From: an uncultured delta proteobacterium
Lineage (GTDB): Bacteria > Desulfobacterota > Binatia > UBA9968
Direction of reading: 5' to 3'
DNA length: 64,000 nucleotides
NCBI GenBank assembly: GCA_963727625.1
Contig: CAVSHR010000004.1
Span: forward strand, 928,001 to 992,000
How positions within the stretch are numbered: the first letter of the stretch is position 1; every line of letters begins with the position of its first letter. A model generated the notes under the pieces. That model made no database searches and was not told where the DNA came from. It saw nothing but the letters and a program-made list of their open reading frames with translations. The position numbers and the translations under genes were made by a program. Shown one piece after another: positions 1 to 9,818 of the stretch.

Positions 1-1
1 C

Positions 2-757
2 GAAAATCCCGAATTCACGGTAACGGTGGAAATTCTGCCGCGCGACGCGTTTTTTGGTTTTAACAAACTCCCCGGCGCGGGAGGATTACCCGTGGGTGCC
101 AGCGGGCGCGTCGTCTCGCTGATCTCCGGCGGCTTCGATTCCCCCGTCGCTGCCTACCGAATGATGCAGCGCGGCTGCCGCATCGTCTTTGTCCATTTTC
201 ATAGCGCGCCGTTTCAGGACAGAACCTCCCAGGACAAAGTTCGACAGCTCATTAAACTTTTGACCAGGCATCAATTTCTCTCGCGCCTTTACCTCGTCCC
301 CTTCGGCGAAATCCAACGCCAGATCGTCGCCGCGGTCGCCCGGCCGCTGCGCGTCGTCTTATATAGGCGCATGATGCTGCGCATCGCCGAGGCGATCGCC
401 AGGAAGGAAAAAGCCAAGGCGCTGGTCACCGGCGAAAGCCTCGGCCAGGTCGCTTCGCAAACTCTGGACAATATGGCGGCGATCCAGCAAGCCGCGCGCC
501 TGCCGATCCTGCGGCCACTTGTCGGCATGGACAAACAAGAGATCATCGATCAGTCGCGCCGGATTGGAACCTTTGAAATTTCCTCGGTCCCCGATCAGGA
601 CTGCTGCCAGCTCTTCGTGCCCAAGCACCCGGCAACCAAAGCAAGATTCGTCGATGTGGAAAAGGATGAAAGCAAACTGGATATAAAAGAGCTGCTACGC
701 TACGGATTCGATAACGCCACTAACGAGGACTTCATTTTCCCCGTGCAAAAGAATTGA
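2..757 (+). CDS. thiI: tRNA 4-thiouridine synthase ThiI, 5'-truncated by the window edge; short form with no C-terminal rhodanese domain
   Basis: GGLPVG..G, SLISGGFDSPVA PP-loop, TGESLGQVASQT, LRPL.GMDKQEI and DCC motifs; frame is open back to base 2. Confidence 0.93.
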   Translation, partial: ENPEFTVTVEILPRDAFFGFNKLPGAGGLPVGASGRVVSLISGGFDSPVAAYRMMQRGCRIVFVHFHSAPFQDRTSQDKVRQLIKLLTRHQFLSRLYLVPFGEIQRQIVAAVARPLRVVLYRRMMLRIAEAIARKEKAKALVTGESLGQVASQTLDNMAAIQQAARLPILRPLVGMDKQEIIDQSRRIGTFEISSVPDQDCCQLFVPKHPATKARFVDVEKDESKLDIKELLRYGFDNATNEDFIFPVQKN

Positions 758-789
758 ACGGCTTGAACGATTGGAACGATTTGAACCAG
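754..789. repeat. four tandem 9-mers (TTGAACGRY-like) overlapping the thiI stop
   Basis: ttgaacggc ttgaacgat tggaacgat ttgaaccag. Confidence 0.75.
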
Positions 790-802
790 TCGGCTTCCGC
801 CG

Positions 803-1774
803 CTACACATAGTGCTGAATCCGCTCCAGGCTGGGCGCGAAGAACAGCTCTTCGACCTTCGGCTTTTTCTTGATCATCCCCTGCTCATACTCGTACCGAA
901 TCACCGCTTCAAGCGCCTTGCGGTTTTCTTCGAGATTGTAAGGCCAGGGATCGGCGCCGAAGATTTCCTTCTGCTCGCGCATCAGATCCTGCACCCAGAC
1001 CAGCGCGAAACTGCGCGGGTCGCTGTTGCGCGCGTAGCAGATTTCCTTGGCCTTCTGAAACGCCCGCACCAGGCTGATGCCCACCCAGGGATGCCTTTCG
1101 AGAATCGGATTCTTGACCACCACGGTATGCATGATCGGAAAGAAGCCGCCGTTTTTGTAGTATTCGATTTCCGCTTTTTTCGGCGCGGGGAAAAGCAACG
1201 CAACCTTCGGGTTGCTGTTTCGGATCGACGGCAGGGTTTCCGGGTAGAGCGCCGCATCGAGCTCGCCATCGAGCAACATCTGATCGACGTTTTTCCCCGT
1301 CGGCACGCGTCGCACGTTCATCCACTTGGCCGGCTCAAAGGCAATATCCTCCTCTTCCTGACACCACCATTCGATGGTCTTGAGATCGACGTCGTAATGA
1401 TCCTGCAAGATGCCGCGCATCCATAGCCCCGCGGAATTTTGCAGCGTGTCCAGGCCGACTCGTTTGCCGTTCAGATCGGACGGTTTTTCGATATCGCAGC
1501 CGGTGCGCTTCACCATGTACTGATGGCGAAACCGGCGGTGCGGAAAGACCGGAATCGCGTTGTAGTTGCAGCCCTTGTCGCGGGACACGAGATAGCCAAC
1601 CAGGGACAATTCACAGACATCAAATTCCTCGTGCCGCAGCATGCGGCCATGGCGCTCAGGCGACGGCATCGTCAAGACGTTGAGCTCGATGCCCTGAGGT
1701 TGAATTTCGCCGTTGATCAGCGGCCGCAGAAAATCGTAATCGCCGCAGGCGAGCGTGAGTTGCAGTTTGGCCAT
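803..1774 (-). CDS. 4,5-dihydroxyphthalate decarboxylase (Pht5/OphC)-like protein, periplasmic-binding-protein fold
   Basis: LTLACGDYD, EFDVCELSL, IPVFPHRRFRH, FPIMHTVV and DPWPY motifs; no signal peptide. Confidence 0.75.
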   Translation of the reverse strand: MAKLQLTLACGDYDFLRPLINGEIQPQGIELNVLTMPSPERHGRMLRHEEFDVCELSLVGYLVSRDKGCNYNAIPVFPHRRFRHQYMVKRTGCDIEKPSDLNGKRVGLDTLQNSAGLWMRGILQDHYDVDLKTIEWWCQEEEDIAFEPAKWMNVRRVPTGKNVDQMLLDGELDAALYPETLPSIRNSNPKVALLFPAPKKAEIEYYKNGGFFPIMHTVVVKNPILERHPWVGISLVRAFQKAKEICYARNSDPRSFALVWVQDLMREQKEIFGADPWPYNLEENRKALEAVIRYEYEQGMIKKKPKVEELFFAPSLERIQHYV

Positions 1775-2365
1775 TCATTCTCCTTTGACATGTTGACGGA
1801 AAAGCTCGGGAGTGTCGATGTCGACCGTGATCCCTTCCTGGTCGGTCTCGATCTCGAGGGTGTCATCACGGTGCGCATTCACGACGGCTTTGGCACCTTG
1901 ATCCATCGGCGCCGCCAGCAGTTCGGCGAAAAGAGCCCGCGAAAAAATCACCGGGTGTCCTCTCCTGCCCTCGCGGCGAGGCACCACGATAAGTTTTTGC
2001 GACTCATAAAAGCGACGTATCATCTCATCGACCAATATGGGATCGATGTAGGGATGATCGACCAGATGGACCAGCATCCCCTCGCAATCGGCTTCCGACT
2101 CTAAGCGCCGCACGGCAACTTGCAGCGAGGATAATTGGCCGCGCATATAATCCGAATTGACTAAAATTTCGACGGGAAGATGCTCGATGCGCCGCCTCAT
2201 GTCCTCGGCGTTGTGGCCGAGAATCACGATCACCTTGCTGACAGAGCTCTGCTTAAGGGCGCTGACGATTCTCTCGATGAACGTTTGACCATCAATTGGC
2301 AACAGCGCTTTGGGCCGGCCCATGCGGCTCGATTCGCCCGCGGACAGAACGACGGCAACGATCAT
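1775..2365 (-). CDS. molybdenum cofactor cytidylyltransferase-like nucleotidyltransferase (MocA/MobA family)
   Basis: VVLSAGESSRMGRPKALL, DHP, GHPV.F and DIDTPE motifs. Confidence 0.85.
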   Translation of the reverse strand: MIVAVVLSAGESSRMGRPKALLPIDGQTFIERIVSALKQSSVSKVIVILGHNAEDMRRRIEHLPVEILVNSDYMRGQLSSLQVAVRRLESEADCEGMLVHLVDHPYIDPILVDEMIRRFYESQKLIVVPRREGRRGHPVIFSRALFAELLAAPMDQGAKAVVNAHRDDTLEIETDQEGITVDIDTPELFRQHVKGE

Positions 2366-2380
2366 GGCCTGGTTTAAGAC

Positions 2381-3373
2381 CTATTGATAAACCTTATCGA
2401 TAAAGCCGCTCTTATCGAGCTCCCTTACGATGCTGTTGTCGACGATGTCGTCGACGCGCAATGAAGCGCCTCTTCTTCTTGCCAGCGCGTCCTTGATCTG
2501 GACTTCGGTGCCTTCCCGCGTGACCAGCGGCACTTTGTCATAGAGCTTGGCCACCGCGTTGTAAGAATCTTCCAGATAGGCAGGATTGGTCTGCTTGCTG
2601 TATCTGGCGATCAGTTTTTTGCTCTCTTCTTTACGGGTTTTGAAATAGTGGGTAGCCTCGATCAAACCCATCAGGACCCGCTTGACGGTGTCCCGATGGC
2701 CGGTGAGATAGGACTTGGTCGTGGTGGCGCAAATATAAGGAAACTCGAAGCGCGTTTGGAAATCGGCGGTGCTGATCAACACCCGATGGGGCATTCCCTG
2801 GGCCAATTGAATAATCCCCGGCGGAGAAGGAAAGCCAGCGATTCGGCCGCTCCGAAAGGCGCCGGCTCTCTCGGGCGCGCCGCCCACTTGCAGAATCGGC
2901 ACGTCTTTAACCGGCTCCAGACCCAGTCCCCTGATCAGAACCCGCGCCGCTACGTCCGACGCGCTGCCCACTCGGCTGATGCCGATGCTTTTCCCTTTAA
3001 GATCCTCCGCGGATTTGATCGACTGCTGCACAACCAGCTCGTAGGGAAGCGTGTTGAGCATGCAGCCTACCATCACGAGATGTGCACCGCCTACGGCGGC
3101 GCTGGCCACGCCTCCCCCGGACGCGTTCCCGATCGGAACGTCACCGGCAATGATGCTGGAAACGGCTGTCGTGGTGCTCGGAATATAGATCAGTTGGCTG
3201 TCAAGGCCGTTCTTCTTGAAAAAACCCGCGTCCTGGGCCGTATACCAAACCGCGTTGCTCGCATCCACCGAGCTATAGTCCATTTTGATTTGCACTTGCG
3301 CGCGGGCGGCGGCGTGCCAGCACAACATACTCCAGAACAATGCGAAGATTACCGTCCTCCAACGCATATCCAT
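2381..3373 (-). CDS. ABC substrate-binding protein, NMT1/SsuA family
   Basis: signal peptide; GFFKKNGLD, DLKGK.IGISR.GS.SD, C-terminal GFIDKVY; AGGAG RBS before ATG 3373. Confidence 0.85.
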   Translation of the reverse strand: MDMRWRTVIFALFWSMLCWHAAARAQVQIKMDYSSVDASNAVWYTAQDAGFFKKNGLDSQLIYIPSTTTAVSSIIAGDVPIGNASGGGVASAAVGGAHLVMVGCMLNTLPYELVVQQSIKSAEDLKGKSIGISRVGSASDVAARVLIRGLGLEPVKDVPILQVGGAPERAGAFRSGRIAGFPSPPGIIQLAQGMPHRVLISTADFQTRFEFPYICATTTKSYLTGHRDTVKRVLMGLIEATHYFKTRKEESKKLIARYSKQTNPAYLEDSYNAVAKLYDKVPLVTREGTEVQIKDALARRRGASLRVDDIVDNSIVRELDKSGFIDKVYQ

Positions 3374-3511
3374 GTATCGCGATCCTCCTGTCAAGAATAT
3401 TTGCCGGAAACCTATCCTTTTTCCCTGGCAGAGAACCAATTAAACTCTACAGCGCAGAATGAATCAACCAATTCGGCGAGCGGGAAGAAGGGATTGCGCA
3501 AGCCAGGGCAC

Positions 3512-4612
3512 TTATTCAGCCGGCAGCGCCATGCATTCGCCGGCCGGCAGCTCAACCCAAACCGGCGTGCCGCGGCGCACTTGCAAGGTGTAACGTTGGT
3601 GGGTCTGCAAGGTATTCTTACCGAGCTCGATGGCGCATTCGAGATATTCGCCGAGAAACATCGCCGCGCCGACTTTGCCCTCGATAACATTGCCGTCCTT
3701 TGCGGGTTTTTCCAGAAGTACATTGATGCTTTCCGGCCGCACCACCACGACGACCTTGCTGCCCACCGACAGGCCATCAAGCAACATGCATTTGAGCCTG
3801 CCGTCATCGGTCTTAACCTCTCCCGAGCCGTCGGATTCGACTTTGGAAACCTCGCCGGTCATCTGATTGGTTGAACCGATAAAGTTGGCGACGAATTTAC
3901 TTTTTGGCTGCAGGTAAACCTCGCGCGGCGCGCCTTCCTGGATGATCACGCCGGCATTCATGATCGCGATTTTATTCGACATCGACAGCGCTTCGATCTG
4001 ATCGTGGGTAACGTAAAGCGTGGTGATCCTCAGGCGGCGCTGCAGTTCACGCAGCTCGAAGCGCATGCGTTCGCGTAGCTTGGCGTCCAAATTGCTCAAA
4101 GGTTCGTCCAGTAGCAAGACCTGCGGCTCGCGCACCAGCGCCCGAGCCAACGCGAGGCGCTGCTGCTGGCCGCCGGACAACTGCGTCGCCATGCGTTCTT
4201 CGTAGCTGTCTAACTCCACCTGGGCGAGCGCGTTGCGCACTTTCTTATGGACATCACTATTGCTAAAGCGCTGCTTGCCGACGCGCAAGGGAAATGCCAC
4301 GTTTTCGAACACGGTAAGATGAGGCCAGATCGCGTAGCTTTGGAATACCATGCCAATCGGCCGGCGATAGGCAGGCACAAAGGTTCGTTCAGAAGCTGAA
4401 TAAACCTTTGTTCCCGACACGATGATTTCACCCTCATTGGCTTTTTCCAAACCGGCGATACAGCGAAGCGTCGTGGTTTTACCGCAGCCGGATGGCCCGA
4501 GCAGCGTATAAAAGCGACCTTCCTCGACGGTGAACGAAATGTCGTTGACCGCCTTGACGCCGGCATTGTCGCCATCCTCGTATATCTTAACCAGAGACTT
4601 AACCTCTACCAC
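3512..4612 (-). CDS. ABC transporter ATP-binding protein (FbpC/PotA type, with TOBE domain)
   Basis: GPSGCGKTT, LSGGQQQR, LLLDEPLSNLD. Confidence 0.95.
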   Translation of the reverse strand: MVEVKSLVKIYEDGDNAGVKAVNDISFTVEEGRFYTLLGPSGCGKTTTLRCIAGLEKANEGEIIVSGTKVYSASERTFVPAYRRPIGMVFQSYAIWPHLTVFENVAFPLRVGKQRFSNSDVHKKVRNALAQVELDSYEERMATQLSGGQQQRLALARALVREPQVLLLDEPLSNLDAKLRERMRFELRELQRRLRITTLYVTHDQIEALSMSNKIAIMNAGVIIQEGAPREVYLQPKSKFVANFIGSTNQMTGEVSKVESDGSGEVKTDDGRLKCMLLDGLSVGSKVVVVVRPESINVLLEKPAKDGNVIEGKVGAAMFLGEYLECAIELGKNTLQTHQRYTLQVRRGTPVWVELPAGECMALPAE

Positions 4613-4630
4613 AGACAGCCTCGTAAATTC

Positions 4631-6355
4631 TTATGATTGAATACCGACCTTGCCGGTAAGCTTGTAAAAGAGCGCCACGATGCTCAATAGCGTGGCAATC
4701 ATCAAGACACCGATCGCGGCAACGACCGTGACTTGGCCCTGCTCGAACATGGTAAACAATAAAATCGACAGCACCCGGCTTTCGCCGGTGGCAAGCAGAA
4801 CCGAAGTGGAAAATTCCCGAAACGAAACGATAAAGATGTAAATCCAGCCCGCCACCAGTCCTGGCCGCAACAGCGGCAAGGTCACCCGCTTGAAGCTTTC
4901 CCACCACGAAGCGCCGGAAGCCGACGCGGCCTCCTCAAGCTCGCTGTGAATTTGCAGGATCGAGCCTGAAGCCGAGCGCATGCCGTAGGGTATATAGCGG
5001 GTTACATAGGCAATCAGCAAAACCCAGATGGTGCCGTAGATCGGAATCGGAAAAGCGACGTAGAGCAGAATCAGCGCCATGCCCATGACGATACCCGGAA
5101 TCGTAATCGGCACAAAAGCGAGAAAGTCCAGTATCCAAGCACCGCGGAGCTTGCTCTTGTAGACGATCCACGCGACCAATGACGTCAACACCATCGCAAC
5201 CGTCGCAGTAAGCGTCGCCAGGATGATGCTGTTTTTCATCGCGTCCCAAAATGGCCGAAAGCTCCCAAGATAGCGATAATTGTCGAGGCTGAGTTTATCC
5301 AGAGCGTCCCATCCAGGCGTGGCAAAAAATGGCAGGAACGAAGCCCAAAACAATACCAGAAAAGGCAGCAGCACAACGCATAGAAAATAAGTCAGTAAAA
5401 AGCCCAGGCCGACCCAGCGCCAGGTGCCCAGGTCGAATTGGCGCGGCCTAAACGCCTTGCCCGTAACGGTTTGAAACTTCTTGCCTTCCTTGGTCGCCCG
5501 CGTATACAGCCACACGCCGACCGCGCTTAATAACAGCAGCCCCACCGCCAATGCACCGCCGCGGCCGTAGTCGGGGGGGTACTCGTTGAAAGCCAGGTAA
5601 ATTTCACTGGTGTAAACGTAAATTCGCGCCGGAATACCGATCAGCGCGGGGGTCTCGAACGACTCGAGAGTGCGGACAAAGAGAATCAACAAGACCGATC
5701 CGGCAGTCGGCATGAGCAAGCGCAGAGTGATGCGCTTGAAGGTTTGTAAGGTGCCGGCGCCGGACATCATGGCCGATTCCTCAAGAGACGGATCCATGGA
5801 CTTGAACGCAGCCACCATGAGCAGAAACGCCAGCGGCACCTGTCCCACCGAGTGCACCCAAATCATCCCGGGCAGGGAAAAAACGTTGAACGGCGCCGAC
5901 TGCAGTCCAAACAGGCTCATCAGCCACACGTTAAGGTAGCCGAATTTCGGACTGAGCAGAAAAATCCACGCGATGGCCTCCAATACCCCCGGAAGAATCA
6001 ACGGCACGACGGCAAGCGGAACGAAGATCGCCCGCAGCGGCGTATTGGTGCGCTCGGTCAGCCAAGCGAGCGATGTTCCAAGGAGAAAGGATAATATCGC
6101 CGAGCCCGACGCGAAGATCAAGGAATTCATGAACGTCGAGTAGGTGTACTGGCTGGCGTACGCGGCCTGATAGTTCTTCAGAGTATATACGAACTCGCGC
6201 GGCGCCACCTCGGCTTGAAAGCTGCCGATGAGCAGCATCAACAGCGGCAAGACCGCCAGATAGATGAGGATTCCGGCGCCGACCAACGGAATCAGCAACG
6301 CCGGATCCAAAGAAAAGCTCACTCTGCCGGTGCGAGGCAATGTGGCAGTCGCCAT
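4631..6355 (-). CDS. ABC permease, FbpB/AfuB type (two fused BPD_transp_1 domains)
   Basis: about 12 TM segments; two EAA motifs (LEESAMMSGA, LEEAASASGA). Confidence 0.92.
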   Translation of the reverse strand: MATATLPRTGRVSFSLDPALLIPLVGAGILIYLAVLPLLMLLIGSFQAEVAPREFVYTLKNYQAAYASQYTYSTFMNSLIFASGSAILSFLLGTSLAWLTERTNTPLRAIFVPLAVVPLILPGVLEAIAWIFLLSPKFGYLNVWLMSLFGLQSAPFNVFSLPGMIWVHSVGQVPLAFLLMVAAFKSMDPSLEESAMMSGAGTLQTFKRITLRLLMPTAGSVLLILFVRTLESFETPALIGIPARIYVYTSEIYLAFNEYPPDYGRGGALAVGLLLLSAVGVWLYTRATKEGKKFQTVTGKAFRPRQFDLGTWRWVGLGFLLTYFLCVVLLPFLVLFWASFLPFFATPGWDALDKLSLDNYRYLGSFRPFWDAMKNSIILATLTATVAMVLTSLVAWIVYKSKLRGAWILDFLAFVPITIPGIVMGMALILLYVAFPIPIYGTIWVLLIAYVTRYIPYGMRSASGSILQIHSELEEAASASGASWWESFKRVTLPLLRPGLVAGWIYIFIVSFREFSTSVLLATGESRVLSILLFTMFEQGQVTVVAAIGVLMIATLLSIVALFYKLTGKVGIQS

Positions 6356-6365
6356 AGATCACCTT

Positions 6366-6418
6366 TATGAGATAACTGCTATGAGATAACTGCGGTGAAG
6401 TTTAGCCGCAGTTATCTC
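6366..6418 (-). promoter_or_regulatory. intercistronic stem-loop with one duplicated arm, between the last SBP and the permease
   Basis: tatgagataactgc occurs twice in tandem and is complementary to gcagttatctca, which overlaps the SBP stop. Confidence 0.6.
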
Positions 6419-7428
6419 AACCTGAAAATTTCCTTCCAAATCTTCTCGTATTTCGGAAATTCTTTGATGTCATTTGCGGTGATAAAATAGGTTTTTTCCG
6501 TGCGGGTCTTCTCGACCGGTTCGACCTTGGGATGAGCCGGGGTGCGCCCGCCTTGTGACATGACTTTTTGCCCCTCGAGGCTCGCTATCCAGCGGGCGAA
6601 CAACAGCGCGGTGTTCGGATGTGGCGCATCTTTGAAGATCGCCGTACCGTTGATCGAAGCCACGCCTTCGGTCAACATGTAATTGACCGGCGCGCCTTTC
6701 TTGATCCGGCGCGGGTAATGGTGCGAGTAGCAGGTCAAACAAGCCGCCGCTTGGCCGGCGACCAACAATTCGGCCAACTGGGAATGTCCCTTGTGAAATT
6801 CGACATTTTGCGCGGCGATTTTTTTCCAGAAATCGATCGCCTTCTCGTCGCTCTTGAACCGATACTTAGCGAAGGCCAGAAGCATTTCCAGGTCCCGCGG
6901 CTCGGCGATCAAGCGATTCTTCCAGCGCGGCTGGAGAAAATCGTCGTAGGATTTAGGCTCCTCGTCTTTCTTGACCAGATTGGTATTCCAGGCTGCGATA
7001 AAATACTGCAAGTCCGACGCTACCCAAAACGGACCCTTTAAGCCAGTGGGATACGCCGCGGATTCAGGTAATTGGGTATCGAGCAGCAAGCGCTGATCGT
7101 GGGCTTGGACGACATTTTCCAATGGGATCTGTAAAATATCGCCAAAAGTTTTGCCACCGCGCGCCTCGGTTACGGCGCGAGCGACCAATTTATCGGATGT
7201 CGCATCGACATGATTGACTTTTATGCCGGGAAAACGCTTTTCAAATACCGGTAAGATCCTCTCGGCATTGATCTGCGCCAGGGTGCCGTAGAAATTGAGC
7301 GTGCCGCCTTCTTTCACCGCCTTTTTATGGATTTCATCGAGGGTTTCGGCTCTCGCGCTGGAAACGCTTATCAGCCCAAGCAACAACACTGCTAAATTCA
7401 AAAAGCAAAATCGCTTCACCAATACCAT
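6412..7428 (-). CDS. ABC substrate-binding protein, AfuA/FbpA (SBP_bac_6) family, paralog 4 of 4
   Basis: signal peptide; FEKRFPGIK, APHPNTA.LF..W; GGAGG RBS before ATG 7428. Confidence 0.88.
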   Translation of the reverse strand: MVLVKRFCFLNLAVLLLGLISVSSARAETLDEIHKKAVKEGGTLNFYGTLAQINAERILPVFEKRFPGIKVNHVDATSDKLVARAVTEARGGKTFGDILQIPLENVVQAHDQRLLLDTQLPESAAYPTGLKGPFWVASDLQYFIAAWNTNLVKKDEEPKSYDDFLQPRWKNRLIAEPRDLEMLLAFAKYRFKSDEKAIDFWKKIAAQNVEFHKGHSQLAELLVAGQAAACLTCYSHHYPRRIKKGAPVNYMLTEGVASINGTAIFKDAPHPNTALLFARWIASLEGQKVMSQGGRTPAHPKVEPVEKTRTEKTYFITANDIKEFPKYEKIWKEIFRLR

Positions 7429-7458
7429 ATCAAAAAACCTCCAGTTAAATTTGTAGCG

Positions 7459-7507
7459 ACGGCGGGCGCCAACCACGTCCGGTTTTCTACCAATTGGCGC
7501 CCGCCGT
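7459..7507. terminator. 14-bp stem hairpin between SBP paralogs (mRNA-stabilising or attenuating)
   Basis: acggcgggcgccaa ... ttggcgcccgccgt. Confidence 0.55.
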
Positions 7508-7535
7508 TTCAATACACCGATCCTATTGGGGAGGG

Positions 7536-8558
7536 TTACCTCAGCTTGAAGATTTCCTTCCAAATCTTTTCGTACTTGGCAAATTGCGCTACGTCGTCGG
7601 CACCGATGGCGTAAATCTTCTTAGGCCGCACGGGAGACACGGGTTCGACCTTGGGATGCGCAGGCGTGCGGCCGCCCTTGGCATAAACCTCCTGGCCCCC
7701 CTTGGACTCCGCCCAGCGCGCAAACAGCCTAGCCGTATTCGGATGGGGCGCGTCTTTCGCAACCGCGACCGCTATGATTCCGGCTATCCCTTCCGACAGC
7801 ATATAACCCAACGGCGCACCTTTCTTAATTCGCGGGGGATAATGATGCGAGTAACAAGTAAAACAAGCCGCCGCCTGTCCCGCTACCAGCAGCTCCGCGA
7901 GATCTGAGTGCCCCTTGTGAAACTCGACGTTATTCGCGGCGATTTTCGTCAGGGTGGCACGGGCCTTTTCCAGGCTATTGTATTTATGCATCAAGCCGAT
8001 GACCATCTCGGCGTCGCGCGGCTCGGCGATCAGCCGGTTCTTCCAGCGCGGATCGGCAAAGTCATCGAAGGTTTTCGGTTCCTCCGACTTTTTGACCTTG
8101 TCGGTGTTCCAGGCGCCGACGAAAAAGATCAGATTGTTGGCGAGCCAATAGCTGCCCTTCATATCCTTGGGATAGTCGGCCGCTTCGGGGATCGGTTTAT
8201 CCAATAATAACTTCTGCTCGTACAGCTGATTGATATTCTCGAGACCGAATTCAAACACGTCGGAGAATACTTTGCCGCCGCGAGCCTCGGTAATCGCTCT
8301 CACTGCTAGCTTGTCGGAAGTCGCGTCGACATGGTTGATTTTGATGCCCGGAAAACGCTTTTCGAATACCGGGTAAATTTTTTCCGCGTTGATCTGCGCC
8401 AGCGAACAATAGCAATTGAGCACGCCTTCTTCCTTGAGCGCCTTCTTATAAAGCTCGTCCATTGTCTCCGCGCGCGTCCCTTGCGCTAGGCCGAGCAGAA
8501 ATAAAGCGGTCAGACCACCGAGAAACAAACCTTTCTTCATACTTCCTTTATCTACCAT
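7536..8558 (-). CDS. ABC substrate-binding protein, AfuA/FbpA family, paralog 3 of 4
   Basis: same motifs as neighbours; variant LNCYCSLAQIN. Confidence 0.88.
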   Translation of the reverse strand: MVDKGSMKKGLFLGGLTALFLLGLAQGTRAETMDELYKKALKEEGVLNCYCSLAQINAEKIYPVFEKRFPGIKINHVDATSDKLAVRAITEARGGKVFSDVFEFGLENINQLYEQKLLLDKPIPEAADYPKDMKGSYWLANNLIFFVGAWNTDKVKKSEEPKTFDDFADPRWKNRLIAEPRDAEMVIGLMHKYNSLEKARATLTKIAANNVEFHKGHSDLAELLVAGQAAACFTCYSHHYPPRIKKGAPLGYMLSEGIAGIIAVAVAKDAPHPNTARLFARWAESKGGQEVYAKGGRTPAHPKVEPVSPVRPKKIYAIGADDVAQFAKYEKIWKEIFKLR

Positions 8559-8671
8559 GAATCCTCCTTGGTTATTTCAATTGAGCATTTGCAGCCGCTT
8601 AGAGCCCTGGGCTCCCCACGCCTTTGTAACTGCCTACAGGCCTAAATCAAGCGACTTGGCCCAAAACTCAG

Positions 8672-9697
8672 CTATCGCAGTTTGAAAACGTCCCTCCATA
8701 TCTTCTCGTACTTCTTCCAGTCTTTGATCTCTTCGGTGCCGATCGGATAGATTTTCTCTGGACGAATTTTGTCCTTGGGATCCACCTTGGGATGTGCCGG
8801 ATTTCGGCCACCTTGCGCATAGACCTTCTGTCCCTCCTCGCTGCCCGCCCATCGCGCGAAAAGCAGCGCGGTATTCGGGTGCGGTGCCCCCTTGGCCAGC
8901 GCCGTCGCGTTTATCGTTGCGATCCCTTCAGTCAGCATGTACCCCACCGGAGCACCTTTCCTTATGCGCGACGGGTAATGATGAGAATAGCAGGTGATGC
9001 AGGCCGCGGACTGTCCGGCCACCAGCAACTCCGCGAGATCGGAGTGACCTTTGTGAAACTCGACATTATTGGCGGCAATTTTCTTGATCAGGCTAATAGC
9101 CTTCTCATCGTTTTTGAATTTATGCCGGGCCAACCCTATGAGCAACTCAACGTCCCGCGGCTCGCCGATCAATTTGCCTTTCCATTTAGGATCAGCGAAA
9201 TCGTCGAATTGCGTCGGCTCATCGCCTTTTTTAACTTTGTTTGTATTCCAAGCCGCTGTCATGATCGTTATCGAGCTAGCCAGCCAATATGTGCCTTTCA
9301 TGTTGGCCGGATAGGCGGCAGCCTCCGGTTGGGCTTGATCGAGCGTCAGCTTTTGTTCGTGAAGCTGCAAGATATTTTCCAAAGAGATTTGAAAAACATC
9401 TGCAAATATCCTGCCGCCGCGGGCTTCGGTGATCGCTCGCACCGCCAGTTTATCCGCGGTCGCGTCGACGTGATTGATTTTAATGCCGGGAAAGCGCTTC
9501 TCGAACACTGGCAGTATTTTGGCCGCGTTGATCTGTGCGAGGGTACCGTAAAAATTAAGCGTGCCTTTTTCTTTAAGGGCTTTCTGATAGAGCTCGTCTA
9601 AGGTTTCGGCGCGTGCTCCCGGTGTCACGCCGAGCAGAAATAGCGCTATCGCCCCAACGAACGTAGTTAGGGATCGCATTTTTCGCATACCGACCAT
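8672..9697 (-). CDS. ABC substrate-binding protein, AfuA/FbpA family, paralog 2 of 4
   Basis: same motifs; AAGGAGG RBS before ATG 9697. Confidence 0.88.
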   Translation of the reverse strand: MVGMRKMRSLTTFVGAIALFLLGVTPGARAETLDELYQKALKEKGTLNFYGTLAQINAAKILPVFEKRFPGIKINHVDATADKLAVRAITEARGGRIFADVFQISLENILQLHEQKLTLDQAQPEAAAYPANMKGTYWLASSITIMTAAWNTNKVKKGDEPTQFDDFADPKWKGKLIGEPRDVELLIGLARHKFKNDEKAISLIKKIAANNVEFHKGHSDLAELLVAGQSAACITCYSHHYPSRIRKGAPVGYMLTEGIATINATALAKGAPHPNTALLFARWAGSEEGQKVYAQGGRNPAHPKVDPKDKIRPEKIYPIGTEEIKDWKKYEKIWRDVFKLR

Positions 9698-9818
9698 GAA
9701 ACCTCCTTTTTCTACGGTCACCACAATACTGCGAGACTACTATCGATTCACCCGCTCGCTCTAAACTGAATCGCTCCGTCCACGCCCTTGGGTCACAATG
9801 CCCAGGGGCAAACCAAAT

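Noticed and set aside
2648-3874. 408-aa + strand ORF
   Set aside because: Antisense to the SBP and ABC ATPase; no motifs
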